Shown here: piece after piece, positions 62,100 through 64,000 of the stretch | How the letters are laid out: the number at the start of each line of letters is the position of its first letter | Numbering within the stretch: the stretch's first letter is position 1 | Source of the DNA: Vicugna vicugna | Lineage: Eukaryota | Length of the DNA stretch: 64,000 nt | Direction of reading: 5' to 3' | NCBI GenBank assembly: GCA_013265495.1 | Contig: MU057666.1 | Coordinates: forward strand, 159,732 to 223,731 | Notes under the pieces: model-generated | Databases searched by the model: none | The model's input: only the letters and a program-made list of their open reading frames with translations | Told to the model about the DNA's origin: nothing | Translations under genes and position numbers: made by a program

Positions 62100-64000
62100 A
62101 TTTCTTTTTTTAACTTTTTTTATTAAGTAATACTCATTTTACAATATTGTGTCAAATGCCAGTGTAGAGCACAAATTTTCAGTTATACATGAACATACAT
62201 ATATTCATTGTTATTTTTTTTTTTTGCTGTGAGCTAACACAATATCTTGTATATATTTCTCTGTGCTATACAGTGTAATCTTGTTTATATATTCTACATA
62301 TGCTTGTCAGTATCAACAAATTTTGAAAACCCAGTCTGTCCCTTCCCAACCCCAGTCCCTTTGGCAACCACAAGTTTGTATTCTATGTCTATGAGTCTGT
62401 TTCTGTTTTGTATTTATGGGTTTGATTTTGGTTTTGGTTTTGGTTTTTTTTAAATTCCACATAAGCAATCTCATGTGGTGTTTTTCTTTCTCCTTCTGGC
62501 TTACTTCACTTAGAATGACATTCTCCAGGAGCATCCATGTTGCTGCAAATGGCGTTAAGTTTTCGGTTTTTATGGCTGAATAGTATTCCATTGTATAAAT
62601 ATACCACTCTTTCTTTATCCAGTCATCTGTTGATGCACATTTAGGCTGTTTTCATGTTTGGGCTATTGTAAATAGTGCTGCTATGAACACTGGGGTGCAG
62701 ATGTCATTCTGAAGTAGGGTTCCTTCTGGATCTATGCCCAGGAGAGGGATTCCTGGGTCATATGGTAAGTCTATTTCTTGTCTTTTGAGGAATCTCCATA
62801 CTGTTTTCCACAGTGGCTGCACCAAACTGCATTCCCACCAGCAGTGTAGGAGGGTTCCCTTTTCTCCACAGCCTCTCCAGCATTTTTCATTTGTGGACAT
62901 TTGAATGATGGCCATTCTGTCTGGTGTGAGGTGATATGTCATCGTACTTTTGATTTGCACTTCTCTGATAATTAGTGATACTGAGCATTTTTCATGTGTC
63001 TATTGATTTGTATTTCTTCAATGGCGAATTGCTTGTTTAGGTCTTCTGCCCATTTTTGGATGAGTTTTTTTTTTCCTATTAAGTTGTGTGAGCTGCTTAT
63101 ATATTCTGGAGATCAAGCCCGACACCATTTGATGAAGACACTGTTTTTATTCCATTGTATGTTCTTGCCTCCTTTGTTAAGGGGTAGTTGACCAAAAGTT
63201 TGTGGGTTCACTTCTAGGCTCTCTATTCTGTTCCATTGGTCCGTATGTCTGTTTTTGTACAACACCATGCTGTCTTGATTCCTGTAGCTCTGTAGTATTT
63301 TCTGAAGTCTAGGAGAGTTATTCCTCCAGCCTCTTTCCTTTTCTTCAGTAATACTTTGGCAATTCTGGGTCTTTTGTGATTCCATGTAAACTTTATTATG
63401 ATTTGTTCTAGTTCTGTGAAATATGCCCTGGGTAATTTGATAGGGATTGCATTAAATGTGTAGATTGCCTTGGGCAGTGTGACCATTTTAACAATATTGA
63501 TTCTTCCAACCTAGGAGCATGGGATATCTTTGCATTTTTTTAAGTCTTCTTTAATTTCCTACATCAGTGTTTTATAGTTCTCCATGTATATGTCTTTGAC
63601 CTCCTTGGTTGGATTTACTCCTAGGTATTTTATTACTTTGGGTGCTATTTTAAAGGGGATTGTTTCTTTACTTTCTTTTTCTGTTGATTCATCATTACTG
63701 TAAAGAAATGCAACTGATTTTTGAATGTTAATCTTGTAACCTGCTACCTTGCTGAATTCTTTGATTAGTTCTAGTAGTTTTGTCTGGACATCTTAGGGTT
63801 TTCTGTATATAGTATAATGTCATCTACATAAGTGAGACTTTTACCTCTTCTTTTCCAATTTGGATCCCTTTTATTTCTCTCTCTTGCCTGATTGCTGTGG
63901 CTAGGACTTCCAAGACTCTTGTGATTAGGAGTGGTGATAGTAGGCAGCCTTGTCTTGTCCCAGGTTTCAGTGAGAAGCTTTTGAGTTTTTCACCATTGAG
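62100..64000 (-). mobile_element. LINE-1 3' UTR and ORF2 3' part, same family as copy A; continues off the window; internal deletion near 63120
   Basis: ORF-track pieces 62652-62960 ([12 protein letters not shown]...[18 protein letters not shown]) and 63223-63486 ([16 protein letters not shown]); collinear with 19300-21445. Confidence 0.95.

Overview
Mammalian nuclear DNA, AT-rich and dominated by repeats. It is probably from a camelid, judged from five vic-1-like tRNA-derived SINEs. I find no intact protein-coding gene and no evidence for a new functional system. The unusual feature is a mosaic of decayed pieces from unrelated loci. (1) A 5-exon unprocessed YME1L1 pseudogene fragment (minus strand, 8671-17415). 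(2) A degenerate C2H2 zinc-finger exon remnant (plus strand, about 37.9-38.4 kb). (3) A heavily diverged NUMT: ND2 3' end, WANCY tRNAs, COX1, tRNA-Ser, tRNA-Asp and COX2, then ND4 and part of tRNA-His (38.4-43.2 kb), split by an L1MC-like fragment. (4) A 12-exon unprocessed COL12A1 pseudogene fragment (minus strand, 47812-60964) covering a VWA domain and FN3 repeats, with stops, frameshifts and a multi-exon deletion. Around these lie two head-to-tail LINE-1 copies (19.3-31.7 kb), many other L1 fragments, three solo LTRs with target-site duplications, MER20/MER33/MER58/MIR relics and a 115-N gap. All homology calls come from manual translation and recall of reference sequences; no search was run. 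Repeat boundaries are approximate.
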